Below, piece after piece: positions 36,425-49,288 of a stretch of 64,000 bases of DNA. The DNA comes from Deltaproteobacteria bacterium (GTDB lineage: Bacteria; Desulfobacterota; Syntrophia; Syntrophales; UBA2192): NCBI GenBank assembly GCA_012728915.1, contig JAAYEC010000075.1, forward strand, positions 82 through 64,081, given 5' to 3'. A program made the translations under genes and the position numbers. Each line of letters begins with the position of its first letter. The stretch's first letter is position 1. The notes under the pieces were generated by a model. It was not told the DNA's origin. It searched no databases and worked only from the letters and a program-made list of their open reading frames with translations.

Positions 36425-38392
36425 TCACGCCCCCCCGTTGCCTTTTTTCTCCACCCCGTTGCCGGCCAGAACCGCTTTGATGCTGCGCGAGAGCTGCTCG
36501 AGGTTGAAGGGCTTCTGGATGAAGCCGTTGCAGCCCCGGGAGAGGATCTGGGTGGCTTCCCCGTCGATGCTGTACCCCGACAGCAGGAGCACCTTCACCG
36601 AGGGATTGATCGACTTGATCCGGTCGTAGGCCTGCCCCCCGCCCATCCTGGGCATGACGATATCCAACAGGACGAGGTCGATCTCGTCGCTGCGGCCCCG
36701 GTAGATCTCGACGGCCTCCTCGCCGTCGCGCGCCGTGATGACCCGGTACCCCATGGTCTGCAGGAGGTCTCGGCCGATGTCGAGCATCATCTGCTCGTCG
36801 TCGACGAGCAGGATCGTTTCGCTGCCGCGCTTGATCGTCTCGGTGACCTCGGGGCTGCCCTGCGCGACGGGCTTGTCCGTGGCGGCCAGGTAGATCCGGA
36901 ACGTTGTGCCCTTGCCCTTCTGCGACTCCACGTCGATGAAGCCGCCGTGCCCCTTGACGATCCCGTACACGGAGGCCAGGCCGAGCCCCGTCCCACGCCC
37001 CATCTCCTTGGTCGTGAAGAAGGGCTCGAAGAGCCGCCCCATGGTCTTCTGGTCCATGCCCATGCCGCTGTCCGCCACCGTGATCAGCACATAGTTGCCC
37101 GGCTTGGGGTTGTAGAGCTTTCCCTTCATGGCATGATGGTCCGTGTTGACCGTCCGGACAACGAGGTTCCCTCCTCTCGGCATGGCGTCGGCGGCATTGA
37201 CGAAGAGGTTCATGAGAACCTGCTCGAGCTGCCCGGCGTCGGCCTCGATGGCGTAGAGGTCGCGGGCCAGTTCCTGGTGGATGAGGATCTCCTTCCGGGT
37301 GCGGTTGAAGGTCTCGCAGGCCTCCTCGACGAGCCGGTTGAGGTCCAGGGGCTTCACCTCGTAGCGTCCCTTCCGGGCGTAGCCCAGGAGCTGGGACGTA
37401 AGCCGCGATCCGCTCTGGACCTGTTTCTCGACGCTCTTGAGCCGTTCGTAGAAGGGGTGCTTTGGATCGAGCTCGTAGAGCATCAGCGAGATGTTTCCCT
37501 GGATGACCATGAGGAGGTTATTGAAGTCGTGCGCGATGCCGCCGGCCAGCGTCCCCACGGCCTCCATCCGCTGGGCGTGGTGGAACTGGGCCTCGATACG
37601 GCGGTGCTCGCTGACATCCTCGAGCACCATGATGAGGGTCCGCTTCATGTCGTCGCGGATCGGCAGCAGCTTGATCATGAACTCGCGGTCGTTGAACTTC
37701 ACCGGGCTGTCCGCCGCCGCCATATTCGCCTCGGCCGCCACACGGTCGATCATCTCCCGCACGAGGAGCTTGTCTTTCGCGTCGAACAGGGCGAGCACGC
37801 TCGAGGCCAGCAGGCGCTCCTCCGGGATGCCGGTGAGCGAGATGGCCGTGGGGTTGGCATAGACGATGCGGCCCCCCGGGGTAATCTCGAGGATTCCCTC
37901 GGAGAGGCTGCCCAGGACGACCTCGAAGTGCTTCCAGATGGTGAGCAGCTCCTTCGTGATCTGGCGCGAGTAGAGGTTCTCGGCGCCCAGGATCCTCTCC
38001 GGCACGTCCTGCGTGCGCCTGTGCTCGGCGTTGTGCAGCGCAGCGGTCACGTACTGGCCCATCTTGTCCAGCGGCCCCTTGGCGATGCAGGCGTTGGCCC
38101 CGATGGCCCGGAAGTCGATCTGCTCCTCGGCGGCGGCGGCCGACAGGATGATGAGGTAGGTCTGCTGCATCTCGGGCATGGCCCGGATGATCTGGCAGAG
38201 CTTTTTGCCGTCGATGTTGGGCATGATCAGGTCGACGAAGATGATGTCCGGGCGCCAGTTCTCCAGGAGGTCCAGGGCGTGCAGGCCGTCTTCCGAGGTG
38301 CGGACTTCGTGCCCGTCTTTGCCGAGAAACTTGGACATGTACTCCAGGATGATCGGGTGGTTGTCCACGACGAGGATCTTTTTCTTCTTCAT
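36425..38392 (-). CDS. Cytoplasmic hybrid histidine kinase (REC-PAS-HisKA-HATPase-REC)
   Basis: KILVVDN...FVDLIMP; YANP; AGGIAHDFNNLL; FFTTKEMGRGTGLGL; C-terminal REC. ATG overlaps the upstream stop. Confidence 0.93.
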   Translation of the reverse strand: MKKKKILVVDNHPIILEYMSKFLGKDGHEVRTSEDGLHALDLLENWRPDIIFVDLIMPNIDGKKLCQIIRAMPEMQQTYLIILSAAAAEEQIDFRAIGANACIAKGPLDKMGQYVTAALHNAEHRRTQDVPERILGAENLYSRQITKELLTIWKHFEVVLGSLSEGILEITPGGRIVYANPTAISLTGIPEERLLASSVLALFDAKDKLLVREMIDRVAAEANMAAADSPVKFNDREFMIKLLPIRDDMKRTLIMVLEDVSEHRRIEAQFHHAQRMEAVGTLAGGIAHDFNNLLMVIQGNISLMLYELDPKHPFYERLKSVEKQVQSGSRLTSQLLGYARKGRYEVKPLDLNRLVEEACETFNRTRKEILIHQELARDLYAIEADAGQLEQVLMNLFVNAADAMPRGGNLVVRTVNTDHHAMKGKLYNPKPGNYVLITVADSGMGMDQKTMGRLFEPFFTTKEMGRGTGLGLASVYGIVKGHGGFIDVESQKGKGTTFRIYLAATDKPVAQGSPEVTETIKRGSETILLVDDEQMMLDIGRDLLQTMGYRVITARDGEEAVEIYRGRSDEIDLVLLDIVMPRMGGGQAYDRIKSINPSVKVLLLSGYSIDGEATQILSRGCNGFIQKPFNLEQLSRSIKAVLAGNGVEKKGNGGA

Positions 38393-39357
38393 GCCGTGCA
38401 TCCTTTCGCCGCCGGGCGCCGGGCTGCCGCGCCCCGTACCGTGTTTCGCCCGTCCCGCTTGGCCTGGTACAGGCACCCGTCGGCCTGCTCCATCAGCTGG
38501 TCGAGGGTGATCGGTCCGGCCTGCTGCGCCGGCTGGTAGACGGCGACCCCGAAGCTCGCCGTGATGCAGGATTCCCCTTCCTTCAGCTTGAAGGGGGTTT
38601 CCTCCACGAGCTGGCGCAGCCGCTCTGCCACGACACAGGCGGGGGGCAGGTCCGTCTCCGGCAGGACGATGAGAAATTCCTCTCCGCCGTAACGAACCAC
38701 CCAGTCGACGTCGACGCGGATGGAACCCGCCATCCGGCACGCAAAGTCCCTGAGGACCTCGTCGCCGGCCCGGTGGCCGTGCCGGTCGTTCACGCTCTTG
38801 AAGTGATCGATGTCGCACATGATGAGCGACAGGGGATGACCGTATCGCCGGGAACGCTTGAGCTCCTGGGGGAGACGCTCCATGAGGTACACCCGGTTGA
38901 AGACCCCCGTGAGCGGGTCCCGGATGGACAGGGCGCGCACTTCCTCGTTCGTCATCCGCAGCGACCGATCGAGATCGATGATCCGCCGCGCCGCCCCGAC
39001 GCTGGCCGACAGCTCGGCCCCGTCGACCGGCTGCACCAGGACGGCATCCGCCCCGGCCGCCAGCCCCTCGAGGACCGGGGATTTGCACCTGCCCCGTGCC
39101 AGGATCAGAATGTAGACGTAGGCGCCGGCCCGGCGGGCGCGGATGGCGCGGCACAGATCGTACTCCGTCATGCCGGCCAGGCGGCCCCCCGCAATCACGA
39201 GGGCAAAGACCCCTTTCTCCATGGCGGCAAGGGCCTCGGGGCCGCTGGCTACGGCCACGACTCGTCGGTATCCCGCGCGGGCAAGGGTCTTCACCAGGAA
39301 CCCCCGCTGGGCGGAGTCGCCCACGGCAATCAGGATGGACACGTCCTGTTCGTTCAT
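38389..39357 (-). CDS. Diguanylate cyclase with N-terminal (pseudo)receiver domain
   Basis: DPLTGVFNR, DIDHFKSVND..GH..GD, RYGGEEF, LYQAKRDGRN. Confidence 0.93.
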   Translation of the reverse strand: MNEQDVSILIAVGDSAQRGFLVKTLARAGYRRVVAVASGPEALAAMEKGVFALVIAGGRLAGMTEYDLCRAIRARRAGAYVYILILARGRCKSPVLEGLAAGADAVLVQPVDGAELSASVGAARRIIDLDRSLRMTNEEVRALSIRDPLTGVFNRVYLMERLPQELKRSRRYGHPLSLIMCDIDHFKSVNDRHGHRAGDEVLRDFACRMAGSIRVDVDWVVRYGGEEFLIVLPETDLPPACVVAERLRQLVEETPFKLKEGESCITASFGVAVYQPAQQAGPITLDQLMEQADGCLYQAKRDGRNTVRGAAARRPAAKGCTA

Positions 39358-39396
39358 TCCCCTGCCCTGCCGGGGGATCGCGCCCCCGGACGGTCC

Positions 39397-39717
39397 TCAG
39401 TTGCGCCCGAGGGCCGCGGCGATCGAGGCGAGCTTGCGCTCCAACTCCCCGATCGCATCGGCTGCGCCGTCGAGCCTCTGCACACGGGCGTCCTTCTCCA
39501 CGCGCGCGGCGATTTCACAGATGTCGCTGAACCCCAGGTTGGCCGAAGCCCCCTTGAGGGAGTGGGCGGACATGACGACGCCCTGGCAGTTCCGGTTTGC
39601 AACCGCCTCGCGCAGCCTGTCCAGATCCGATTCGCCCACGCTGACGAACAGTTCAAGCATTTCCCGGAAGTCCTGCTCGTCGAGCCCGATCGTCTCCGCC
39701 ATCTCACTGAAATTCAT
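39397..39717 (-). CDS. Stand-alone Hpt phosphotransfer protein
   Basis: SAHSLKGASANLG. Confidence 0.93.
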   Translation of the reverse strand: MNFSEMAETIGLDEQDFREMLELFVSVGESDLDRLREAVANRNCQGVVMSAHSLKGASANLGFSDICEIAARVEKDARVQRLDGAADAIGELERKLASIAAALGRN

Positions 39718-39801
39718 CTCTTGCCTCTTTCGATTCGTTTCTCCTATCGGTCCGGCGGCCCGGCCTGCTTTGCCTTTCGCCTTTTGCCCTTAGCCTTTCG
39801 C

Positions 39802-42681
<2,880 letters not shown>

Positions 42682-42776
42682 TCTCCCGTCCTGGTTGCGT
42701 CGTGAAGAGGAGGGAACGGCCGGGGGCGATTCCCTCCCCCCAGCAGGCCGTACGCACCTCACCGCCAAGATGGCGA

Positions 42777-42792
42777 TGCACGAAACATACCA
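42777..42792 (-). promoter_or_regulatory. Putative sigma54 promoter of the signalling operon
   Basis: Minus strand TGGTATG-TTTC-GTGCA with GG-N10-GC spacing, about 95 nt upstream of the start. Confidence 0.5.
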
Positions 42793-42874
42793 GGGAAACG
42801 GCAGCTCCTCGCTGCTGCAGCCTTTATGCAATTCCCTTTTTGTGTTAACAGGATGGGCGCGGAGGAAGAATCCC

Positions 42875-43870
42875 ATGCCCTGGAACATCCTTGCCCGGCT
42901 CAGCGGCCTGCTCGTCTGGGCGATCCCGGCCATGATGGCGCTCGGGTTTGCGGCGGGGCTCGTCGTGGACGCAGCCCCTCTCAAGGGCTTGATCGTGCCT
43001 TTCACCTTCCTGATGGTCTACCCCATGATGGTGACCCTGAGGGTGCGCAAAGTCCTCGAGGGGGGCGACGGGAGGCTGCAGTGGGTTTCGCAGATCGTCA
43101 ACTTCGGCCTCATCCCCTTCCTGGCCTACGGGGCGGGCCGGTTTTTCCTGCCCGACCACCCCTACATGGTCCTCGGCTTCCTGCTTGCGGGCCTCGTGCC
43201 CACCAGCGGGATGACGATTTCCTGGACGGGGTTCGCGAGGGGAAACATCGAGGCGGCGGTGAAGATGACGGTCATCGGGCTGACCCTGGGGTCGCTGGCC
43301 ACGCCGTTCTACGTGAAGGCCCTCCTGGGGGCGCGGGTGGAGGTCGATCTGGCGGCCGTGGCATCCCAGATCGGCCTCATCGTCTTCCTGCCCATGGCAG
43401 CCGGGCATGTGACGCAGCAGGCCCTCGTCCGCCGGCACGGCCGGCAGGCCTTCCAGTCGGTGTGGGCGCCGCGCTTCCCCGGCCTCTCGACCCTGGGCGT
43501 GCTGGGAATCGTCTTCATCGCCCTCGCGCTCAAGGCGAAGGACATCGCGGCCTCGCCCGGGCTTCTCGTCAGGCTCCTCATCCCGCTCGTGATGGTCTAC
43601 GGGGTCAACTACGGTCTGAGCACGCTTGTCGGCAGGGCGTTTTTTTCGCGCGGCGACGCCGTCGCCCTCGTCTACGGCACGGTGATGCGCAACCTCTCCA
43701 TCGCCCTGGCCGTCGCAATGAACGCCTTCGGCGCTGCGGGCGCCGAGGCGGCGCTCGTCATCGCCATGGCCTACATCGTCCAGGTGCAATCGGCGGCGTG
43801 GTATGTTAGAGTGACGGACCGCGTGTTCGGTCGCCCCGCGCCCAGGACAGGGCCGGCCGGGGCGTCGTGA
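42875..43870 (+). CDS. Acr3 / bile acid:sodium symporter family transporter
   Basis: FLMVYPMMV, NFGLIP, PTSGMTISWTGFARGN, MRNLSIALA; about 10 TM; GGAGG SD. Confidence 0.85.
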   Translation: MPWNILARLSGLLVWAIPAMMALGFAAGLVVDAAPLKGLIVPFTFLMVYPMMVTLRVRKVLEGGDGRLQWVSQIVNFGLIPFLAYGAGRFFLPDHPYMVLGFLLAGLVPTSGMTISWTGFARGNIEAAVKMTVIGLTLGSLATPFYVKALLGARVEVDLAAVASQIGLIVFLPMAAGHVTQQALVRRHGRQAFQSVWAPRFPGLSTLGVLGIVFIALALKAKDIAASPGLLVRLLIPLVMVYGVNYGLSTLVGRAFFSRGDAVALVYGTVMRNLSIALAVAMNAFGAAGAEAALVIAMAYIVQVQSAAWYVRVTDRVFGRPAPRTGPAGAS

Positions 43871-43916
43871 GAAAACCCGGGGGGTGCAGCATGCAAAGAC
43901 AGGGGCAACGCCGTTC

Positions 43917-44522
43917 ATGAAGACCCCGGAACTGATCCTGGCCTCGGCCTCCCCCCGCCGCAGGGAGATGCTGCGGATGCTGGGCGTCGAGTTCACCGTC
44001 CTGCAGAGCAGCGTGGACGAGAACCCGCATGCGGGCGAGTCCCCGGAAGCCTACGCCCTGCGGCTCTCCGAGGCGAAGGCCAGGGCCGTCGCAGCGCTGC
44101 GGCCCGGCCGCTGGGTCCTGGGGGCGGACACGATCGTGACGATCGACGGCGAGCTGCTGGGCAAGCCCCGCACCCCGGAGGAGGCGCGCCGCATGATCCG
44201 CAGGCTGAGCGGGCGGGCGCACACGGTCATCACCGCCTTCACCCTGTTCAACAGCGGACGGAACCGTCCCATCCGCAGGGCCGTCTCGTCGCAGGTGGTT
44301 TTCAAGGAGATCCCCGACGACGAGTTGGAGTGGTACGTGTCGACCGACGAACCCTACGACAAGGCCGGCGGGTATGCCGTCCAGGGCAAGGCCGCCCTGT
44401 TCGTCTCCGAGGTTCACGGCTCCTGGAGCAGCGTCGTGGGGCTGCCGCTTTGCGAAGTCGTCGAGGCGCTGAAAGGTCTGGGTCTGGCGGATTTCACCGG
44501 GAGGGGTCCATGTCCGACGTGA
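43917..44522 (+). CDS. maf: Maf family nucleotide pyrophosphatase
   Basis: LILASASPRR, GADTIV, LGKP, DKAGGY, VVGLP. Confidence 0.93.
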   Translation: MKTPELILASASPRRREMLRMLGVEFTVLQSSVDENPHAGESPEAYALRLSEAKARAVAALRPGRWVLGADTIVTIDGELLGKPRTPEEARRMIRRLSGRAHTVITAFTLFNSGRNRPIRRAVSSQVVFKEIPDDELEWYVSTDEPYDKAGGYAVQGKAALFVSEVHGSWSSVVGLPLCEVVEALKGLGLADFTGRGPCPT

Positions 44523-45202
44523 GGGAAAACATCCTACGGATCCGGGAGCGGATCGCCGCGGCCGCCGTGCGGTCGGGTCGCGATCCGTCGGAGGTGCGGC
44601 TCATGGGGGTCACGAAGACAGTCGGCGACGACCGGATCCTTCAGGCCATCGAGGCGGGGATCGACATCATCGGCGAGAACTACGTGCAGGAGGCCAAACG
44701 GAAGATCGAGCTGATGGGCAAGAGCGTGGAATGGCACTTCATCGGCCACCTCCAGAGCAACAAGGCCAGGTATGCCGTGCGCCTCTTCGACATGATCCAT
44801 TCCGTGAACCGGGTGAGTCTCGCCGAGGAGTTGAACCGCCGCGCGGCCGCCGCGGGGCTCGTCTGCCGGGTCCTCGTCGAGGTCAACCTCGCGGGCGAGG
44901 AATCGAAAAGCGGCGCCCCGCCCGAGGAGGCGCCGGGGCTCGTCCGCGCCGTCTCGCAGCTGGCGAACCTTTCCGTTCGGGGGCTGATGACCATGGCCCC
45001 CTGGTACGAGGACCCGGAAAAGGCGCGGCCCTGCTTCGCGGGCCTGCGCGGGCTGCGGGACCGGATCGACGCCGAGAAAATCCCGAACGTCACGCTGCGG
45101 GAGCTCTCCATGGGGATGACGGACGACTTCGAGGTTGCCGTCGAGGAGGGATCCACCATCGTCCGGATCGGGCGGGCGATCTTCGGCGAAAGGACAGGCT
45201 AA
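44510..45202 (+). CDS. yggS: PLP homeostasis protein (YggS/PLPBP)
   Basis: VTKT, GENYVQE, WHFIGHLQSNK, GLMTM, LSMGMTDD, VRIGRAIFG. Confidence 0.95.
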   Translation: MSDVRENILRIRERIAAAAVRSGRDPSEVRLMGVTKTVGDDRILQAIEAGIDIIGENYVQEAKRKIELMGKSVEWHFIGHLQSNKARYAVRLFDMIHSVNRVSLAEELNRRAAAAGLVCRVLVEVNLAGEESKSGAPPEEAPGLVRAVSQLANLSVRGLMTMAPWYEDPEKARPCFAGLRGLRDRIDAEKIPNVTLRELSMGMTDDFEVAVEEGSTIVRIGRAIFGERTG

Positions 45203-45252
45203 GGGCGAACGGCAAAGGGCTAAGGGCAGACAAGTGATCCCTGCCTTTCGCC

Positions 45253-46209
45253 TTATGCCTTTTGCCCGCCTTTATACAGGAACCGTTCGAAGAACCGGTG
45301 GAACGGGGTCCATTCCGACTCCCCGGCACCCGAATTCCCGATGAACTCCTGGAAGGCCGCCACCTTGGCATCGAGGTCGTCGACGAAGTGGACGATGAGG
45401 GCCTCCACGGTCTTGGGCCGTTTGGGCGACCCGAAGTCGAGTTCTCCGTGATGGGCGAGGATCACGTGCTTGAGCTCCAGGGCCAGGTCTTCGGGGAACC
45501 CCTCGATCGACGCGATCTTCCGGTCGAGCATCTCCACCCCGAGCAGGATGTGCCCCACGAGGCGTCCCGGCGTCGAGTAGTCGATGGCCCGGTCGTAGGT
45601 GAACTCCTCGGTCTTGCCGATGTCGTGCAGGATGCCGCCGGCAATCAGCATGTCGCGGCTCGCCGCCGGGTAGTGACCCGCCAGGGCGTCCAGGATCTTC
45701 ACCATGGACAGGGTGTGTTCCAGCAGCCCCCCGAGGTAGGCATGATGGAACCCCTTGGCCGCGGGGGCCCGCTTGAGCCGCGCGGCCAGCTGGGGGTCGT
45801 CGAGAAAGGCCGCCAGCAGCTTCTTCAGCCAGGGGTTCTCGACGGAGCCCGCGTAGGCCGCTAGCGCCGCAAACATCTCCTCCACGTCGCCCTTCGTGCT
45901 GGGAAAGTAGTCCCAGGGGTCGATCCCGGTCTCATCCATCCTGCGGATGTCCAGGACGGCCAGCTGCGTGGCGTCGCGGTAGCTCACGGCCCGTCCCTGC
46001 ACGGAGACGATGTCGCCCTTCCGGAAAAGCGGATCGAGGGCCGCGACGTTGTCCCAGACGCGCCCCTCGACATCCCCCGTCCGGTCACGGAGCTTCACGC
46101 TGAGATAGGGCGCCCCCTTCTGCGAATAGGCCAGATTCTTTTCCATGACGAGAAAGGAGCTCTTGATTTTCTCCCCGGCTTTGATGTCCTTGACGTACAG
46201 TGTCTTCAC
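45253..46209 (-). CDS. OB-fold/HD-domain 3'-5' exoribonuclease (YhaM/Cbf1 family)
   Basis: LRDRTG, PAAKGFHHAYLGGLLEH, LHDIGK, GRLVGHI, HHG..FGSP. Confidence 0.92.
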   Translation of the reverse strand: MKTLYVKDIKAGEKIKSSFLVMEKNLAYSQKGAPYLSVKLRDRTGDVEGRVWDNVAALDPLFRKGDIVSVQGRAVSYRDATQLAVLDIRRMDETGIDPWDYFPSTKGDVEEMFAALAAYAGSVENPWLKKLLAAFLDDPQLAARLKRAPAAKGFHHAYLGGLLEHTLSMVKILDALAGHYPAASRDMLIAGGILHDIGKTEEFTYDRAIDYSTPGRLVGHILLGVEMLDRKIASIEGFPEDLALELKHVILAHHGELDFGSPKRPKTVEALIVHFVDDLDAKVAAFQEFIGNSGAGESEWTPFHRFFERFLYKGGQKA

Positions 46210-46219
46210 GCGGATTGTC

Positions 46220-47056
46220 CTATTCCCCTTTCGCCTTTGCCCTCCGGCCCTTCTTCGGCGCCCCGGACGGCTTTAAATGCCGGGCGCCGGCATACACGAT
46301 GAATGAGCCTCCCCTGGCGCAGCCGGCGATCGCGATGCCCACCTCTTCCGCCTGCGCGACAGCCCTCGAGGTGGCCGCGGAGTGGGAAACGATGAAGGGG
46401 ATCCCCATGCGCCGGGCCTTGGCGACGATCTCCGAGGAAACGCGCCCGGTCGTCAGCAGGACCTTGTCGGAAAGATCGACCCCCTCGAGGAGCGCCCACC
46501 CGCAGAGCATGTCGATCGTGTTGTGCCGCCCGATATCCTCCCGCACCGCAAGGATTCCGCGCGGGCCCGCGATGGCCGAGCCGTGCGTTCCGCGCGTGCG
46601 TTCGTGGATCGCCGTCGCGGCGAGCAGGGCCTCCATGAGATCCGGGACGGCCTCCGCATCGAGCTTCGGGACCGCCGCCGCGGCGGGCTTCCCCCGGCCC
46701 AGCGGCATGAGCGTCCGGCTGCCCCGCGCCCCGCTCGAGGCGATCGTCTTCGGCGGCGTCACGGGAAGGGCCCTGCCCCTGCCTCCGCAGGTCCGGACAT
46801 GGACCCGCCCGGGGCTGAAGTCCATCCTCACGATGTCCGCGGCCTCCTCGATCAGGCCCTCCTGCTTCAGGAACCCGGCGGCAAGCTCCCGCAGGCGGAT
46901 TCCGGCGCAGGCGATCGTCACGACGGCGCGGCCGTCGGCAACGACCTCCAGAAGCTCCTCGTGGACCACGTCCACATCCCTTGCGGCGATCCGCTTCCCG
47001 TCGAAGCGGCGCAGCCTGAGGCGATCGATCCCTTCCGCGGCCGTCTTCTTCCTCAT
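46220..47056 (-). CDS. fdhD: Formate dehydrogenase accessory sulfurtransferase family protein
   Basis: ELAAGFL..EG, TRGTHG, REDIGRHN, TTGRVSSEIVAK, SHSAATS.A. Confidence 0.88.
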   Translation of the reverse strand: MRKKTAAEGIDRLRLRRFDGKRIAARDVDVVHEELLEVVADGRAVVTIACAGIRLRELAAGFLKQEGLIEEAADIVRMDFSPGRVHVRTCGGRGRALPVTPPKTIASSGARGSRTLMPLGRGKPAAAAVPKLDAEAVPDLMEALLAATAIHERTRGTHGSAIAGPRGILAVREDIGRHNTIDMLCGWALLEGVDLSDKVLLTTGRVSSEIVAKARRMGIPFIVSHSAATSRAVAQAEEVGIAIAGCARGGSFIVYAGARHLKPSGAPKKGRRAKAKGE

Positions 47057-47058
47057 CG

Positions 47059-48972
47059 CTACCGCCGCTCCCTCAGCGTCCGGTGATCGCCCACGCGGAT
47101 CGTGAGCCTGGTCGCGTCGAAATATTCCATGAGGGGGATGATGTACTTGCGCGACAGCCCCGTAAGGTCCTTGAAGGTGGCCGGGGTGGCCTTGCCGGCC
47201 TTCATGAGGGCCGCCGTGTAATCCTCCCTGAGCCTGTTGAGCGGACCGCTGTGGACGTAAAGCTCCTCGGTGACCTTCACGAGGACCCCTTCGTTGAGAA
47301 GCACCCCGAGGACGCTCTGGACCTCGGACTTCTTCCCGCCCAACGCCTCCATGACTTCCTTGACGGACGGCACCGCGAGTCCCGCGTCGCGGTAGATCTT
47401 CTCGATCCGGCCCCCCAGGTCGCCCAGGTTGCCCTTGAGATCGACCCGGTGCGAAGCGAGCCGGACGTGCTCCCGATCGGCGAGAATCTTCTTTTCGTTC
47501 TCCAGCTCCTTGAGGGCCATGTTGAAGAGCTTGCTCTCGACCTCGTGGCCCGCCGTCACCCGGAGCTCCTCCTTGGGGACCCCTTCCTTGAGGGGCTGCC
47601 GCTGGTGGTACAGCCCGATTTCCTTCAGCAGCTCTTCCTTCAGCCGCTGGTACGCCGGGAACGAGACGATCCGGGTCTCTTCCCGGTCGATGCGGATCAC
47701 GGTTTTCTCCTCGGCCATGTCCTTCAGGACCCGGCTCAGGCCGGCCAGGGGAATCCCCGCCCGGACGGCAAGCCGGCTCGCCGCGAGCCCCTGCACCGCT
47801 GCGCGCCCGAGGATGACGGCGGCGCGCTCCGCTTCCGTTCCCGTGCGGAGGGTTTCCAGCTCGGCGGCAAAGCGATCTTTCGCCTTTTTCTGTTTCACCG
47901 CGTCGGGGTCGAGAATCTCCCCGCCGCCCACCGTGCGGATCGGGGAGTAGCTCCGGATGACAAAGCGGTCTTTCCCCATGGCCACGACGGGCGCCTCGAG
48001 CAGGAGCTGCGCGTAGACGCGTTCGCCCGGCTTGAGCTCTTCCCGGTCCAGGAGGATGACCCGGGCCATGATCTCGCTCGTCCCCGTGTGGAACCGCACG
48101 AGCGCCCGATTCCTCAGCGCGCGGCCGGCGCCCTTCAGGAACTCGAGGTGGACGTCGAGCCTTTCGGAGGGCTCGAAGATGCCGGGGTGGGCCACCACGT
48201 CGCCGCGATGGAGCGCCGCGCGTTCCAGCCCCTGGAGGTTGATGGCGGTGCGCTGCCCGGCCCCGGCGCTCTGCTGCGCATCGTTGTGCACCTGGATGCC
48301 CCGGACCTTGGCGTGGATGCGCTGGGGAAGGACCTCGACGGTGTCGCCCACGGTCACCTGCCCGGACACGAGGGTCCCCGTCACGACGCTTCCGAACCCC
48401 TTCATGGTGAAGACCCGGTCCACGGGAATCCGTAACAACCCGCTGTCGCCGCGTTCGCCGATCCGGCGGGCCAGCTCCTCGATGGCGGCTGAAAGCTCCG
48501 CGATCCCCTGGCCCGACACGGCGGACACCGGGATGATCGGGGCCCCGTCGAGAAAGGTCGCTTTCATGAACTGACGGACGTCGTCCCGCACGAGGGCAAG
48601 CCAGTCGGCATCGACCAGATCGGTCTTGGTGAGCGCGATGATGCCGTTGCGGATCCCGAGCAGCGTGCAGATGTCGAGGTGCTCGCTCGTCTGGGGCATG
48701 ATGCCCTCGTCGGCGGCGATCACGAGCAGCACGAAGTCGATCCCGGTGGCGCCGGCGACCATGTTCTTGACGAACTTCTCGTGACCCGGCACGTCGACGA
48801 CCCCGAGGGTGCCGCCGTTCTTGAGGGGGAGAGACGCGAAGCCCAGCTCGATCGTGATGCCCCGCTCCTTTTCCTCCTTCAGGCGGTCCGTGTCCACGCC
48901 GGTGAGGGCCTTGACGAGCGAGGTCTTCCCATGATCGACGTGGCCGGCGGTGCCGAGAATGATGTGCTTCAT
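47059..48972 (-). CDS. selB: Selenocysteine-specific translation elongation factor
   Basis: [33 protein letters not shown]-terminal winged helix with [15 protein letters not shown]...R.GD.R. Confidence 0.97.
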   Translation of the reverse strand: MKHIILGTAGHVDHGKTSLVKALTGVDTDRLKEEKERGITIELGFASLPLKNGGTLGVVDVPGHEKFVKNMVAGATGIDFVLLVIAADEGIMPQTSEHLDICTLLGIRNGIIALTKTDLVDADWLALVRDDVRQFMKATFLDGAPIIPVSAVSGQGIAELSAAIEELARRIGERGDSGLLRIPVDRVFTMKGFGSVVTGTLVSGQVTVGDTVEVLPQRIHAKVRGIQVHNDAQQSAGAGQRTAINLQGLERAALHRGDVVAHPGIFEPSERLDVHLEFLKGAGRALRNRALVRFHTGTSEIMARVILLDREELKPGERVYAQLLLEAPVVAMGKDRFVIRSYSPIRTVGGGEILDPDAVKQKKAKDRFAAELETLRTGTEAERAAVILGRAAVQGLAASRLAVRAGIPLAGLSRVLKDMAEEKTVIRIDREETRIVSFPAYQRLKEELLKEIGLYHQRQPLKEGVPKEELRVTAGHEVESKLFNMALKELENEKKILADREHVRLASHRVDLKGNLGDLGGRIEKIYRDAGLAVPSVKEVMEALGGKKSEVQSVLGVLLNEGVLVKVTEELYVHSGPLNRLREDYTAALMKAGKATPATFKDLTGLSRKYIIPLMEYFDATRLTIRVGDHRTLRERR

Positions 48973-48982
48973 GCGAAATCGC

Positions 48983-49011
48983 CCCGTTTTCGCGCATCCG
49001 GCGCGAACAGG
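48983..49011 (-). promoter_or_regulatory. SECIS-like hairpin in the selB 5' UTR
   Basis: mRNA CCUGUU-CGCGC-CGGAU-GCGCG-AA-AACGGG ends 10 nt before the AUG and overlaps the only G-rich SD candidate. Confidence 0.45.
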
Positions 49012-49109
49012 CTATGAGATAACAGAAATCCGGCGCCGACTCAATCCCAAACCCGTGCGCAAGGGCGGAACGCATGAATAACGATGGATAAATTTCTCTT
49101 CGTTTAGGC

Positions 49110-49288
49110 AGTCAGTCAGGATTCTTGAAGCGAAGTTAGGCGTGTTTTCGTTAACCGATCTTCGCGAAGCGGAGCGCCGGCGACGCAAACGGTTTGAGCC
49201 CGCAGGGCGAGTTTTTGCGTCCGCGGCACAGCGAGCGTTCGATCGGTCGAAAACCGCCTATTCACGAAAGAATTCTGGTTGAGTGACT
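49110..49288. other. 179-nt long imperfect hairpin (ncRNA or MITE/REP-like element)
   Basis: Nested stems 49110-14/49284-88, 49117-26/49268-77, 49137-50/49248-60, 49154-60/49241-47, 49182-89/49214-21, apical GCCC-GCA-GGGC. Confidence 0.65.

Noticed and set aside
36425-39154. Track N-terminal extensions of the hybrid kinases, FAD oxidoreductase, murG, mltG, yggS and Acr3
   Set aside because: The extensions overlap neighbouring genes in other frames; downstream starts with SD or stop-start coupling fit the domain boundaries.
46220-49075. 951-aa ORF that looks like an N-terminally extended FdhD
   Set aside because: The extension is an alternative frame over selB; fdhD starts at 47056, 2 nt after the selB stop.
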